DNA from: Bacteroidia bacterium
Lineage (GTDB): Bacteria; Bacteroidota; Bacteroidia; NS11-12g; UBA9320
Direction: 5' to 3'
Length of the DNA stretch: 64,000 nt
Assembly (NCBI GenBank): GCA_965655315.1
Contig: CBFHGJ010000009.1
Coordinates: 26,008-90,007, forward strand
The notes beneath the pieces are model-generated. The model did no database searches. It was not told where the DNA came from and was given only the letters and a program-made list of their open reading frames with translations. Of the stretch, positions 38,410-48,578 are shown piece by piece (the first letter of the stretch is position 1; each line of letters starts with the position of its first letter). A program made the position numbers and the translations under genes.

Positions 38410-40065
38410 ATGTCAGAACAATTCCCTTGGTTTAAAAGCTATCCAGACTTTGTACCTCAAACTGTAGATAACAATAAATACAAATCCTTAGCCGCAATTT
38501 TCGATGATGTTGTAGCTAAATATGGTGATTCAGTTGCATTCCAAAATATGGATGTAGCACTCACATTTAACCAACTTAAAGAACAGGTAGACGCATTTGC
38601 GTGGTATTTGCAAAACAAAACGAATTTAAAAAAAGGAGATAGGGTTGCAATTCAAATGCCCAACTTGCTTCAATTCCCCGTTGCAATGTTTGCAGTTATT
38701 AAGTGTGGATTTGTAGCTGTAAATACGAATCCGCTTTACACGGCCGAAGAAATGAAGCATCAGTATAATGACAGTGGTGCTAAAGGTTTAATCATCTTAG
38801 AAAACTTTGCTTGTAATTACGAAAAAATACAAGCTGAGACTACAGTGGATACAGTTATAGTTACGCGAATCGGTGATATGCTTGGCGGACTTAAAGGAAC
38901 TATTGTAAATCTCGTAGTAAAGCACGTTAAGAAGATGGTTCCTGCCTACAATCTTCCTAAATCACATAGCTTTAAACAAGTACTCAAGGATGGGAATGGA
39001 AAAAGTCCAGAAGCTGTTGAGATTACGTACGATGATACTGCGTTCCTTCAATATACTGGTGGTACAACAGGAGTCAGCAAAGGAGCAATACTTACCCACG
39101 GAAATATCTGTGCTCAGTTATCACAAATCGACGGTTGGTTAACCGGTTTATTTAAAGGTGGTGAGGTAGTAATAACGGCTCTACCTTTGTATCATATCTT
39201 CGCTTTGACTGCAAATTGTCTTACCTTCTTTAATTATGGTGCTAGAAATGTATTGATCACAAACCCTAGGGATATGAAGGCATTCATAAAGGATCTAAAA
39301 AAGAATCCATTTGCTCTGATTACTGGTGTGAATACCCTATTTAATGGGCTACTAAATCAGCCAGATTTCAAAGAAGTTGACTTTTCTAAACTTAAAATCG
39401 CTTTAGGTGGAGGTATGGCGGTTCAAGACGCTGTTGCGACCAGATGGCAAGAACTAACAGGTTCACCTTTGCTAGAAGCATACGGACTTTCTGAGACTTC
39501 ACCTGCAGCAACAATAAATCCAACAAATGGTACACATAGAATGGGTACTATAGGACTACCTATTCCAAATACAGACATTAAGATTTTTGACGATGACAAA
39601 AAAGAAGTAGCTCTCGGTGAAAGGGGAGAAATTGGAATCAAAGGCCCTCAGGTCATGGCCGGTTATTGGAATAGACCAGAGGCTACAGAAGAAGTGATGC
39701 ATAATGGTTATTTCTTGACAGGAGATATAGGGATAATGGACGAAGATGGATTCTTTAAAATTGTGGATCGGAAGAAAGAAATGGTCTGTGTATCAGGGTT
39801 TAATGTTTATCCGAGTGAAGTAGAGGCTGCAATATTTGAACATCCTAAAGTGCTTGAAGTTGGGGTAAGAAGTGAACCAGATGAAAAGACAACGGAAGCT
39901 GTTATGGCTTTTGTAGTTAAGAAAGATGATAGTTTAAATGAAGACGAGATAAGAGAGTTTTGCAAAGAAAAATTGACCAACTATAAGCGTCCAAAGCATA
40001 TTGTATTCAGGGACGAGCTTCCAAAAAGTAACGTAGGAAAAATTCTTAGAAGGAAGTTAAAATAA
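38410..40065 (+). CDS. fadD: long-chain-fatty-acid--CoA ligase (AMP-forming acyl-CoA synthetase)
   Basis: 551 aa; AMP-binding signature LQYTGGTTGVSKGAILTH, second motif GYGLSETS, C-terminal KxPK…GKILRR. Confidence 0.88.
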   Translation: MSEQFPWFKSYPDFVPQTVDNNKYKSLAAIFDDVVAKYGDSVAFQNMDVALTFNQLKEQVDAFAWYLQNKTNLKKGDRVAIQMPNLLQFPVAMFAVIKCGFVAVNTNPLYTAEEMKHQYNDSGAKGLIILENFACNYEKIQAETTVDTVIVTRIGDMLGGLKGTIVNLVVKHVKKMVPAYNLPKSHSFKQVLKDGNGKSPEAVEITYDDTAFLQYTGGTTGVSKGAILTHGNICAQLSQIDGWLTGLFKGGEVVITALPLYHIFALTANCLTFFNYGARNVLITNPRDMKAFIKDLKKNPFALITGVNTLFNGLLNQPDFKEVDFSKLKIALGGGMAVQDAVATRWQELTGSPLLEAYGLSETSPAATINPTNGTHRMGTIGLPIPNTDIKIFDDDKKEVALGERGEIGIKGPQVMAGYWNRPEATEEVMHNGYFLTGDIGIMDEDGFFKIVDRKKEMVCVSGFNVYPSEVEAAIFEHPKVLEVGVRSEPDEKTTEAVMAFVVKKDDSLNEDEIREFCKEKLTNYKRPKHIVFRDELPKSNVGKILRRKLK

Positions 40066-40139
40066 TCAACTATCCGCTAGATGTTTTACTCATAAAATGA
40101 TTTAGCGGTCTTGATCTAGTATAGTTCAGTTCTAGATTT

Positions 40140-42053
40140 ATGGAGTACAACCCAATGTTAGAGGGCTTATTAAAACAATATTGGGGTTTCAATTCTTTTC
40201 GTCCATTACAAAGGGAGATTATAGTATCTGTCATAAGAGGAGATGATACATTAGCATTATTACCTACTGGAGGAGGTAAGAGTTTATGTTACCAGCTGCC
40301 TGCTATGGCCAAAGAAGGTGTCTGTATCGTGTTTAGTCCCTTGATAGCACTAATGAAAGATCAAGTGGATAACTTGAATAAGCGAGGTATTCCTGCTTTA
40401 GCTCTTCACAGTGGTTTGGATCGGAAGGAGATAGAGACTGAACTTCAAAATACTCTATATGGTAAATACAAGCTTGTCTATTTAAGTCCAGAAAGAGCGG
40501 CAACCAAGGTATTTAGATCTTATTTGAAGAATTTCAATGTTAGTTTCTTTGTTGTAGACGAAGCTCATTGTATATCACAATGGGGGCATCAGTTTAGACC
40601 AGAATACCTACAAATAGGTGAGCTTAGACAAATTTTACCAAACACTAATTTTATTGCTGTTACAGCTACAGCAACAATTCAAGTAAAAAAAGATATTGTT
40701 AAATACTTATCGTTTAAGCCAGGTAAGTACAATGAGTTTTCAAAGTCATTTGTCCGAGATAATCTCAGTTATCTTGTTTTACGAGAAAGTAACAAATTAA
40801 AAAGACTAATAAAGATATTAGGTAAGCTTAAAGGTACAGGAATAATCTATGCAAATACCAGACGGCAATGTGAAAATATCTCACAGTTTTTAGTTGAGAA
40901 TCAAATTTCTGCTGCGTTTTATCACGGTGGCTTATCAAACGAGATAAGAAGCAAAATCCAAAATGATTGGATTTCGAATAGAACTCGAATAGTGGTGTGT
41001 ACAAATGCTTTTGGTATGGGCATTGACAAGCCTGATGTAAGAGTTGTAATACACTATGATATGCCTCAAGGACCTGAGGCATATTATCAAGAAGCTGGAA
41101 GGGCGGGTAGAGATGGCTTAGCCGCTTATTGCATTTTGTTAACTGAACCGGAACCTGATAAGAATTTATGGACGAGTATTCCTACAATTGATCAACTTGA
41201 ACACACTTTAAAAGCACTATATAATCACCACGAAATTGCATTTACGGCAGGCAAAGGAGAAACATGTTCTTTAGAATTAATGAGCTTTGCAGCCAATTTT
41301 AATATTCCTCCAAGAACTCTAATAAATAGCTTAGAACTATTACACACATTAGGTTATCTGAAACTAAATCAGAGTGTATTTCAATTGCCAAAAATTAAAT
41401 TTGTGGTAAAACAAGAGGAACTTTATCGATATCAGGTACAACATCAGGTTCAAGATCAGTTTATAAAGCTTTTGTTAAGATCTTATGGAGGATTATTTGA
41501 CCACTATACAACCCTTCAGTTTAAGGAACTAGCCGCTCGTCAACGGTGTAGCGTAAGAGACCTGGAAAAACAAATTGAGACCTTACAAAAGGACAGTATA
41601 ATTGAATACATCCCTGAATCAAAAGGGAATTCAATAACATATTTATTGCCTAGACCTACTAAAGTATCATTCAATAAACAACTGTATATAGAACTAAGAG
41701 ATCAAGAGGCCTATAGGAAGCAGTATATATGCGACTATACTCTGAATACAAAGTCTTGTAGAGAAAAGATTCTGCTACGGTATTTTGGAGAACAAATAGA
41801 TAAGAGCTGTGGTCATTGTGATTTATGCCGGTTATTGAACAAAGCAGAAATTACGGATTATTCACTTATTCGAATTACTAATGATATTCGAGACCTAGTT
41901 GTTGATAAAGATTTGGAACTTTATGCAATACTAGCTTTCTTTCGCACGTTCGAAGAACATCAAATTACGGCTGTCATAAAGTGGCTGCTAGATAACGAAT
42001 ACCTAACCAAAACTAACCAAACCTACTCTTGGACCAAAGGCCGAAAGTTATAG
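40140..42053 (+). CDS. recQ: ATP-dependent DNA helicase, RecQ family
   Basis: 637 aa; LKQYWGFNSFRPLQREII start, Walker A TGGGKSLCYQLPA, DEAH box VVDEAHCISQWGHQFR, RecQ Zn-binding Cys cluster (CGHCDLC). Confidence 0.88.
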   Translation: MEYNPMLEGLLKQYWGFNSFRPLQREIIVSVIRGDDTLALLPTGGGKSLCYQLPAMAKEGVCIVFSPLIALMKDQVDNLNKRGIPALALHSGLDRKEIETELQNTLYGKYKLVYLSPERAATKVFRSYLKNFNVSFFVVDEAHCISQWGHQFRPEYLQIGELRQILPNTNFIAVTATATIQVKKDIVKYLSFKPGKYNEFSKSFVRDNLSYLVLRESNKLKRLIKILGKLKGTGIIYANTRRQCENISQFLVENQISAAFYHGGLSNEIRSKIQNDWISNRTRIVVCTNAFGMGIDKPDVRVVIHYDMPQGPEAYYQEAGRAGRDGLAAYCILLTEPEPDKNLWTSIPTIDQLEHTLKALYNHHEIAFTAGKGETCSLELMSFAANFNIPPRTLINSLELLHTLGYLKLNQSVFQLPKIKFVVKQEELYRYQVQHQVQDQFIKLLLRSYGGLFDHYTTLQFKELAARQRCSVRDLEKQIETLQKDSIIEYIPESKGNSITYLLPRPTKVSFNKQLYIELRDQEAYRKQYICDYTLNTKSCREKILLRYFGEQIDKSCGHCDLCRLLNKAEITDYSLIRITNDIRDLVVDKDLELYAILAFFRTFEEHQITAVIKWLLDNEYLTKTNQTYSWTKGRKL

Positions 42054-43117
42054 CTACTGTTATAAATGATGTGTTATACGATCAACGAATGATTCGTATA
42101 TGCACTTCACTTTCAACACATTATGATGTAGAATTGTGGGGTAGAAAAAGATCTGACGAGTCGGCAACAATTCGTGGGTATGGACAAAAAAGATTCAATT
42201 TCATTATTAATAGCGGTCCCTTATTCTATCTATTTTACAATATCAGGCTTTTTATCAATCTCTTACTTACTAAAGTTGATATTCTTCACGCAGTTGATTT
42301 GGATACGCTTCCTGCATGTTATTTTGCTAGTAAAATAAAAGGCACATCGCTAGTGTATGATTCACATGAGTATTTCACTGAGGTTCCTGAGCTAATTTAC
42401 AGACCTAAAGTTAGACGAATCTGGCTATTAATAGAAAGACGTATTCTACCAAAAGTTAAGAATGCAATAACTGTAGGAAATAAAATTGCACTTGAGTACC
42501 AGGAGAAATATAATGTTCATTTCACTGTGATTAGAAACTGTCCTCGACTTACTGAAAAACCTAAAGTTGAATCTAAAGTTGAGCCTTATCTGCTTTACCA
42601 AGGGGCTCTGAATAAGGGTAGGGGATTAGAAGCATTAATTGGTGCTATGCCGAAGTTAGATATGGAATTGAAGATTGCGGGCACTGGTGATATTGACCAC
42701 GAGCTAAAAACACTTGTGAGAAGTTTAGGCGTAGAAGATAAAGTCCATTTTTTGGGAATGTTAAAACCTGAAGAATTGCCTCCACTTTCTAGTTCTGCAT
42801 TTGCTGGAATTAATGTTTCAGAAAACCTTGGTTTGAGCTACTACTACTCTTTAAACAATAAGTTTTTTGATTATATACATGCAGGAATCCCGGCAATAAC
42901 GAATCCTTTCCCTGAATATGAAGCTTTGAATGAAAAATACGACTGCTTAGTTTTTGCCAGTGCAAAATCAGAAGAAATAGCTGGTGCGGTAAAATTACTT
43001 CTCAATGATAAAGATAGATATAGTCAATTAAGAAAAAACTCGTTTCTTGCGAGACAACAATTAAATTGGGATAAAGAAGGAAAAAAGCTTCTCGAATTCT
43101 ATAAAGACATTGCCTAA
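42029..43117 (+). CDS. glycosyltransferase family 4 (GT-B, group 1)
   Basis: 362 aa (TTG start overlapping recQ 3' end by 25 nt); N-terminal KVIATVINDVLYDQRM typical GT4 start; C-terminal GT-B E-x7-E region (…ALNEKYDCLVFAS…). Confidence 0.65.
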   Translation: MDQRPKVIATVINDVLYDQRMIRICTSLSTHYDVELWGRKRSDESATIRGYGQKRFNFIINSGPLFYLFYNIRLFINLLLTKVDILHAVDLDTLPACYFASKIKGTSLVYDSHEYFTEVPELIYRPKVRRIWLLIERRILPKVKNAITVGNKIALEYQEKYNVHFTVIRNCPRLTEKPKVESKVEPYLLYQGALNKGRGLEALIGAMPKLDMELKIAGTGDIDHELKTLVRSLGVEDKVHFLGMLKPEELPPLSSSAFAGINVSENLGLSYYYSLNNKFFDYIHAGIPAITNPFPEYEALNEKYDCLVFASAKSEEIAGAVKLLLNDKDRYSQLRKNSFLARQQLNWDKEGKKLLEFYKDIA

Positions 43118-44324
43118 AAATAAATTACATATTGTTGCTTTTGATGTCCCTTATCCGGCGGATTACGGCGGAGTTATAGACATTTATTATAAGTGTAAAG
43201 AACTGAATAAGCTAGGTGTTTCTATTGCTTTGCACATTTATCAGTATGGTAGAAAGAAAAATGATGAAAAGCTAAAGGAGGTTTGTGATCATTTATACTA
43301 CTACAAAAGGCATACATTTAAAAATCCGTTTGTAGGCAGCAAGCCCTATATAGTAGCTACCAGAAATGGAGAAGAACTGCTAGAAAATCTGAGAAAAGAT
43401 AACGCCCCGATTCTTTTTGAAGGGTTGCATTGCACTTATCATATAGATGCGGTTTCTTTAAAAAATAGATTTAAAACAGTTCGCACACACAATATAGAAC
43501 ACCATTATTACAAGCATTTAGAACGATCAGAACTAAGTTATTTTAAAAAATACTTCTTCAGAATAGAGGCAGAAAAGCTACGTAAGTATGAGTCTAAGTT
43601 AAAACATGCAAGCTTGATAGCTGCCATTAGCCCAAATGATACAGCATATTTTTCCAAGAAATATGACAACGTTATCTATTTGCCTGCTTTTCACAGTAAC
43701 GAAGACTTAAAGTATTCAGGTAAGAAAGGAAAATATCTTTTATATCATGGGAATTTGTCTGTCCCTGAGAACTACATGGCAGCAATAGAATTAGTTAATA
43801 ATATTTTTAACGAACTAAATTCTCCTGTGATCATTGCTGGGAATAATCCACCGAAGCAATTAATTGATTTATGTGAAAAATATGAGCATATTCAGTTAAG
43901 TACTGACCTGCAGACCAAAGACTTAAATGAGTTAATTAAAAATGCACATATAAATGTGTTGTACACTAATCAGAATACAGGAATTAAACTAAAGCTACTT
44001 AATGCATTATATAGAGGTAAGTTTTCTGTGGTTAATCCGCTTATGGTTAAGGGTTCAGGACTGGAAGAGTATTGTTTAGTCGGTGAAGACTTCAAGGCGA
44101 TGCTGCAGCACATCAGAAACTACTTATTGCTTGACTTTACCAAGGCATACGCCGAAAAGCGTGCTTCATATTTAAGCGATAATTTCGGGAATTCTAATGG
44201 AGCACAATTACTCATTGACCAAATAGATTTTACTGGGGTAGACAAGCCCGTTAGACAATCAGATAAAGGGATCTTAAAGCGTTTATCCCAATTATCTTCT
44301 GTTATGTCTTACTTCTCGCTCTAA
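43110..44324 (+). CDS. glycosyltransferase (GT-B fold, mannosyltransferase-like)
   Basis: 404 aa; LHIVAFDVPYPADYGGVIDIYYKCKELNKLG N-terminal Rossmann half; overlaps upstream GT by 8 nt (operon). Confidence 0.55.
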   Translation: MPKNKLHIVAFDVPYPADYGGVIDIYYKCKELNKLGVSIALHIYQYGRKKNDEKLKEVCDHLYYYKRHTFKNPFVGSKPYIVATRNGEELLENLRKDNAPILFEGLHCTYHIDAVSLKNRFKTVRTHNIEHHYYKHLERSELSYFKKYFFRIEAEKLRKYESKLKHASLIAAISPNDTAYFSKKYDNVIYLPAFHSNEDLKYSGKKGKYLLYHGNLSVPENYMAAIELVNNIFNELNSPVIIAGNNPPKQLIDLCEKYEHIQLSTDLQTKDLNELIKNAHINVLYTNQNTGIKLKLLNALYRGKFSVVNPLMVKGSGLEEYCLVGEDFKAMLQHIRNYLLLDFTKAYAEKRASYLSDNFGNSNGAQLLIDQIDFTGVDKPVRQSDKGILKRLSQLSSVMSYFSL

Positions 44325-44374
44325 GTTTTCGGTATTTAGGGAATACTTCTACATTTGCAGCCTTATAAAATTGT

Positions 44375-46225
44375 ATGGATAGAAGTTCTAGTATAGGATA
44401 CATTGTTATTCTATTCCTTTTCATTGGTTTTTATTATTTCAATAGTAAAAATAAAGAAGAATTAGACGCTCAAGAGAGGAAAGTTGAGCAAATGCGTGCG
44501 GATAGCCTAGCGTCACTAGCTGAAAATCAAGGTTCAATTGATGAAGCAAGTGTGTCAGAAACCGAGACCACTGAAGTTCAGGATAGTTTTACTCCTTTGG
44601 TAGAGAGCAAAGCAACGTTAAGTAATGAATTGTTGTCCATTGATTTTTCTAGTATTGGTGGTAAACCAAACAAGGTAAACTTAACTGAATTTCATAAATA
44701 TGATTCGTCTGATTTAGTCCTGTTTGATGGTAAGCAGATGAGATTAAATTATGCTATACCATTAGCCAACGGCACAGTTATTAATACTGAGAGTCAGAGT
44801 TTTAAGTTAGAAGAGTCTGAAAATCAGATTGTAATGACTTTAGATTTGCCTAATAATGCTAGTATAGTTAAGACTTACACTTTAGAGTCAAACTCATATA
44901 AGTTAGATTATAATGTAACCTTTAATAACATCGGTTCTGTAGTGGCACCAAACAACCGCTTTGCTGAACTGGCTTGGTCTACTGATATACAGGGACAAGA
45001 AAAAACGTTGAAGGATGAAAGAGCTGCTACCACTTTATACTATAGATATGGTACTGATGATGAAGTTGATTATCTGAGTGAAACTAGCAGTGATGACGAT
45101 GAGCTTCACGCAAATGTCCAATGGGTTTCATTTAAACAAAAGTTTTTTAATCAAACATTGATTAACAACGGTCAATTCATCGAAACAGGGACTAAAATTG
45201 AGATCATTGAACCAGAAGATGAAAATGTTGATTATGTAAAAAAAGCACAGGCTCAGTTTTACATTCCATTAGACAAGAATACGGTGGAAGAGAGCATGGC
45301 TTTCTACTATGGCCCAAATCACTACCCAACATTAAAGAATCAGGGTATTGAGCTTCATAAAATCATCCCATTAGGTTGGGGAATTTTCGGTTGGGTAAAT
45401 AAGCTTATCGTTATTCCAATTTTTAATTGGTTAAATAACTACTTATCCAATTTTGGCTTGATTATTCTCTTGCTGACATTGATTATCAAGACAGCACTCT
45501 TTCCATTTATGTACAAAACATATAAGAGTACTGCGAAAATGCGTATTCTTAAGCCTGAGCTGGATGAGATTAAAGAAAGGGTAGGAGATGAAATGCAAAA
45601 AGCCCAGCAGGAGCAAATGAAGCTTTATAAACAAGCTGGTGTGAGCCCACTAGGAGGTTGTTTACCTCAGTTGGTGCAGATGCCTATTCTTTTTGCAATG
45701 TTTCGATTTTTCCCATCTTCCATAGAGCTTCGACAAGAAAGTCTATGGTGGGCGGATGATTTAAGTACTTATGATAGTGTTTTTGATTTCCCAAATGGTT
45801 TTGAGATACCATTTTACGGAGATCACGTTAGTCTTTTTACACTGATGATGACAACGGTAACGTTGTTATACACGTACATGAACAGTCAAAATAGTGGTCA
45901 AATGGTTGGGCCAATGAAAACTGTAATGTATTTAATGCCAGTAATGTTCTTAGGCTTCTTCAATAATTACGCTGCAGCATTATCATTTTATTATTTCCTA
46001 TCTACTTGTATGACTATTATCCAAAACTTCATTATAAGAAAGTTTGTAATAGATGAGGATAAACTGCACAAACAGATACAAGACAGTAAAAAGAAAAAGG
46101 TAAAGGTAAAGAAGTCTGGTCTTCAGAAAAGACTCGAGGATATGGCTAAGAAAAGAGGCATAGACCCAAAAACGGGAAAGCCTTCTTCCGGTTCTAAACC
46201 TAAACGTACTAAGAAAAAGAAATAG
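44375..46225 (+). CDS. yidC: membrane protein insertase YidC (Bacteroidota long form)
   Basis: 616 aa; N-terminal TM, large periplasmic domain, conserved 60-kDa insertase core (…LLLTLIIKTALFPFMYKTYKSTAKMRILKPEL…QMPILFAMF…) and basic C-terminal tail. Confidence 0.9.
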   Translation: MDRSSSIGYIVILFLFIGFYYFNSKNKEELDAQERKVEQMRADSLASLAENQGSIDEASVSETETTEVQDSFTPLVESKATLSNELLSIDFSSIGGKPNKVNLTEFHKYDSSDLVLFDGKQMRLNYAIPLANGTVINTESQSFKLEESENQIVMTLDLPNNASIVKTYTLESNSYKLDYNVTFNNIGSVVAPNNRFAELAWSTDIQGQEKTLKDERAATTLYYRYGTDDEVDYLSETSSDDDELHANVQWVSFKQKFFNQTLINNGQFIETGTKIEIIEPEDENVDYVKKAQAQFYIPLDKNTVEESMAFYYGPNHYPTLKNQGIELHKIIPLGWGIFGWVNKLIVIPIFNWLNNYLSNFGLIILLLTLIIKTALFPFMYKTYKSTAKMRILKPELDEIKERVGDEMQKAQQEQMKLYKQAGVSPLGGCLPQLVQMPILFAMFRFFPSSIELRQESLWWADDLSTYDSVFDFPNGFEIPFYGDHVSLFTLMMTTVTLLYTYMNSQNSGQMVGPMKTVMYLMPVMFLGFFNNYAAALSFYYFLSTCMTIIQNFIIRKFVIDEDKLHKQIQDSKKKKVKVKKSGLQKRLEDMAKKRGIDPKTGKPSSGSKPKRTKKKK

Positions 46226-46317
46226 GCTTTCTAAAGTCTTTTTACCTTCGGTAGCCAACTATTGCCCAACTGACAATAGTCCTTAAGCTTTCATCGATAG
46301 AGAATTTTTTGTTTTAG

Positions 46318-46340
46318 TTGTATCATTATTTTTGATACAA
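46318..46340. promoter_or_regulatory. palindrome TTGTATCA-N7-TGATACAA upstream of TPR gene
   Basis: Perfect 8-bp inverted repeat ~45 nt upstream of ATG 46383. Confidence 0.3.
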
Positions 46341-46382
46341 ATCAAAGTAGATTGATAAAAAAAACTAATAGTCATATTATTT

Positions 46383-47234
46383 ATGTTTTCTAGTTTCACT
46401 GGCTTTTCACAACGAGCTGATGATTATTACAATCGTGCAGTAGCCAAGTACAAACAAGGCGATTATGGTGCAGCTGCGATTGAATACACTAGAGCTATTG
46501 AAATTAAAGATAATGCTTCAGTCTTATACAATAATAGGGGAGTATGCTATTATAAAATTGAGCGATATTCTCAAGCACTCAAGGACTATGATAAAGCACT
46601 GCAATTAGATAGTGAGAATGCAAATGCACATTTTAATAAAGGAAATGTATTAAGGGCATTAGAACGGAATAATGAAGCTCTACTTGCATATGATAAATCT
46701 ATAAAGTTTAAACCAAATGATAAAAAATCATTTCAAAATAGAGGTTTGGTTAAGCTTGTTCTAGCTGATTATTCAGGAGCAATTGAGGATTTCACCAAGG
46801 TGTTGAACGTTAGTCCAAACAATGTGAAAGCATTATTCAATCGAGGAACTGCATACTCAAAGAAAAAGGAATATAAGAAGGCGATTGTTGATTTTGATAA
46901 AGCACTTTCTATTGATCCAAAATACTATAAAGCATTGATAAATAAAGGTATTTGCAAGACGCAATTGGATCAGACAGAATCTGCAAAGAATGATTTTTCT
47001 ACGGCTGTAAGTTCAAGCCCTACTAATGGAGAAAGATATTATTACAGAGCTTTAGCAACCCTTGATCACGTCAATCTTGTAAAATCAGATGCCCGTAATG
47101 CTATGAACATGAGAGCTATAAAGAAAAACATCTTAGCTCAAAAAGAGGCCTGCTCTGATTTCGAAAAAGCGAAAGTGTATGAATATGCTAAGGCTTATGA
47201 AGCAATAAAAGAATATTGTGTAGGAGTAAAATAG
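46383..47234 (+). CDS. tetratricopeptide-repeat protein
   Basis: 283 aa; seven consecutive 34-aa TPR units (…YNNRGVCYYKIERYSQALKDYDKALQLD…). Confidence 0.7.
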   Translation: MFSSFTGFSQRADDYYNRAVAKYKQGDYGAAAIEYTRAIEIKDNASVLYNNRGVCYYKIERYSQALKDYDKALQLDSENANAHFNKGNVLRALERNNEALLAYDKSIKFKPNDKKSFQNRGLVKLVLADYSGAIEDFTKVLNVSPNNVKALFNRGTAYSKKKEYKKAIVDFDKALSIDPKYYKALINKGICKTQLDQTESAKNDFSTAVSSSPTNGERYYYRALATLDHVNLVKSDARNAMNMRAIKKNILAQKEACSDFEKAKVYEYAKAYEAIKEYCVGVK

Positions 47235-47238
47235 GCTA

Positions 47239-48465
47239 TTACTTCAGACCAGCTAGCAGAAATTCAATTTCTCGTTTGGGTAGGTTGTATCTTTCGGCAA
47301 GAATACCATTTGTTAGTTTACCTTTAAACATGTAGGTGCCTTCTCTTAAACCCTTGTGGTTTCTAAGACATTCTTCCAAACCTCCATCATTTGTTATCTG
47401 TTGTAGGAGTGGTGTGAAAATATTACTTAGTGCATAACTGGCAGTACGAGCGAATCTAGATGGGATATTTGGAACGCAGTAATGTAGCACACCATGTTTT
47501 TCAAATACCGGCATTTTATGATTTGTTTCCTCAGAAGTCTCAAAACATCCACCTTGGTCTATACTCACATCTACAATTATGGATTTTGGCCTCATATTAG
47601 CCACCATTTCTTCAGTTACTATACACGGACTATACCTATCCTTACTTCGCATTGCACCTATCGCTACATCACAGTCTGAAAGTGCTTTTGATAGGATTTT
47701 TGGAATGACAGTTGAAGAATGAAGTCTTCGACCTACACTTTCTTCAAGCCTTCTTAGCTTTTCTAAGCTATTGTCAAATACTTTAACAGATGCCCCAAGA
47801 CCAAGTGCAGCTTTTATTGCATACTCTGCGACAGCACCTGCTCCTAGAATCACAATTTGGGTAGGCTGTATTCCTGGCAATCCACCAAACAATTCACCTT
47901 TTCCAGAATTATAATTACTCAAATATTCAGCAGCTATAAGTACAGATGCACGTCCGGCTAGTTCACTCATACTTCTGATAATTGGTAATGAGTTTGCATC
48001 ATCTCTTAAGAATTCATACCCAATGGCGACGATACCTTTCTCAAGCATCCTCTTTATTACAATTTCCTTTGTTCTAACCATTTGTATTGCACTAATAAGG
48101 ATTTGGTTGGGCTTCATTAGCTCAACTTCTTCTTCAGTAGGCGGTGCTACTTTTATGATTATGTCTGCCTTATAGACCTCTTTAGCATCTAATACTATTT
48201 CTGCACCGTGACTACTATATTCAATATCAGGGAAGTTTGCTTTTTCACCACAGTTGGACTCTATTTTTACAGAATGTCCTTGCTGTACAAGTAATTGAAC
48301 AGCCATTGGAGATAATGGAATACGATGCTCTTGAAAAATAGTCTCCTTCGGGATGCCGATACTGAGCGAATTATTATCCTTTTTTAGAGCTTGAAGTTTT
48401 TCTTGAGGTTGTAAACTTGCTTCTTTTGCTAACTCGCCAAAAGATGGATTAGAAATTGTTCCCAT
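47239..48465 (-). CDS. alanine dehydrogenase / PNT-family NAD(H)-binding protein with N-terminal extension
   Basis: 408 aa; AlaDH/PNT N-domain then Rossmann IVILGAGAVAEYAIKAALGLGASVKVFD. Confidence 0.6.
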   Translation of the reverse strand: MGTISNPSFGELAKEASLQPQEKLQALKKDNNSLSIGIPKETIFQEHRIPLSPMAVQLLVQQGHSVKIESNCGEKANFPDIEYSSHGAEIVLDAKEVYKADIIIKVAPPTEEEVELMKPNQILISAIQMVRTKEIVIKRMLEKGIVAIGYEFLRDDANSLPIIRSMSELAGRASVLIAAEYLSNYNSGKGELFGGLPGIQPTQIVILGAGAVAEYAIKAALGLGASVKVFDNSLEKLRRLEESVGRRLHSSTVIPKILSKALSDCDVAIGAMRSKDRYSPCIVTEEMVANMRPKSIIVDVSIDQGGCFETSEETNHKMPVFEKHGVLHYCVPNIPSRFARTASYALSNIFTPLLQQITNDGGLEECLRNHKGLREGTYMFKGKLTNGILAERYNLPKREIEFLLAGLK

Positions 48466-48578
48466 TCTCTAAAATAATTTACTGCAATATAGTGTTAATT
48501 ATATAATATTGAACACTTTCTAGTTCTGTTGGTAACGGAAGTGAAATCCTAGGTAAGGTTAATCTTACTTTGTAAATT

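Noticed and set aside
46226-46382. Possible yidC terminator hairpin ACTATTG-N9-CAATAGT
   Set aside because: Short stem without a following T-run. Not convincing as an intrinsic terminator.
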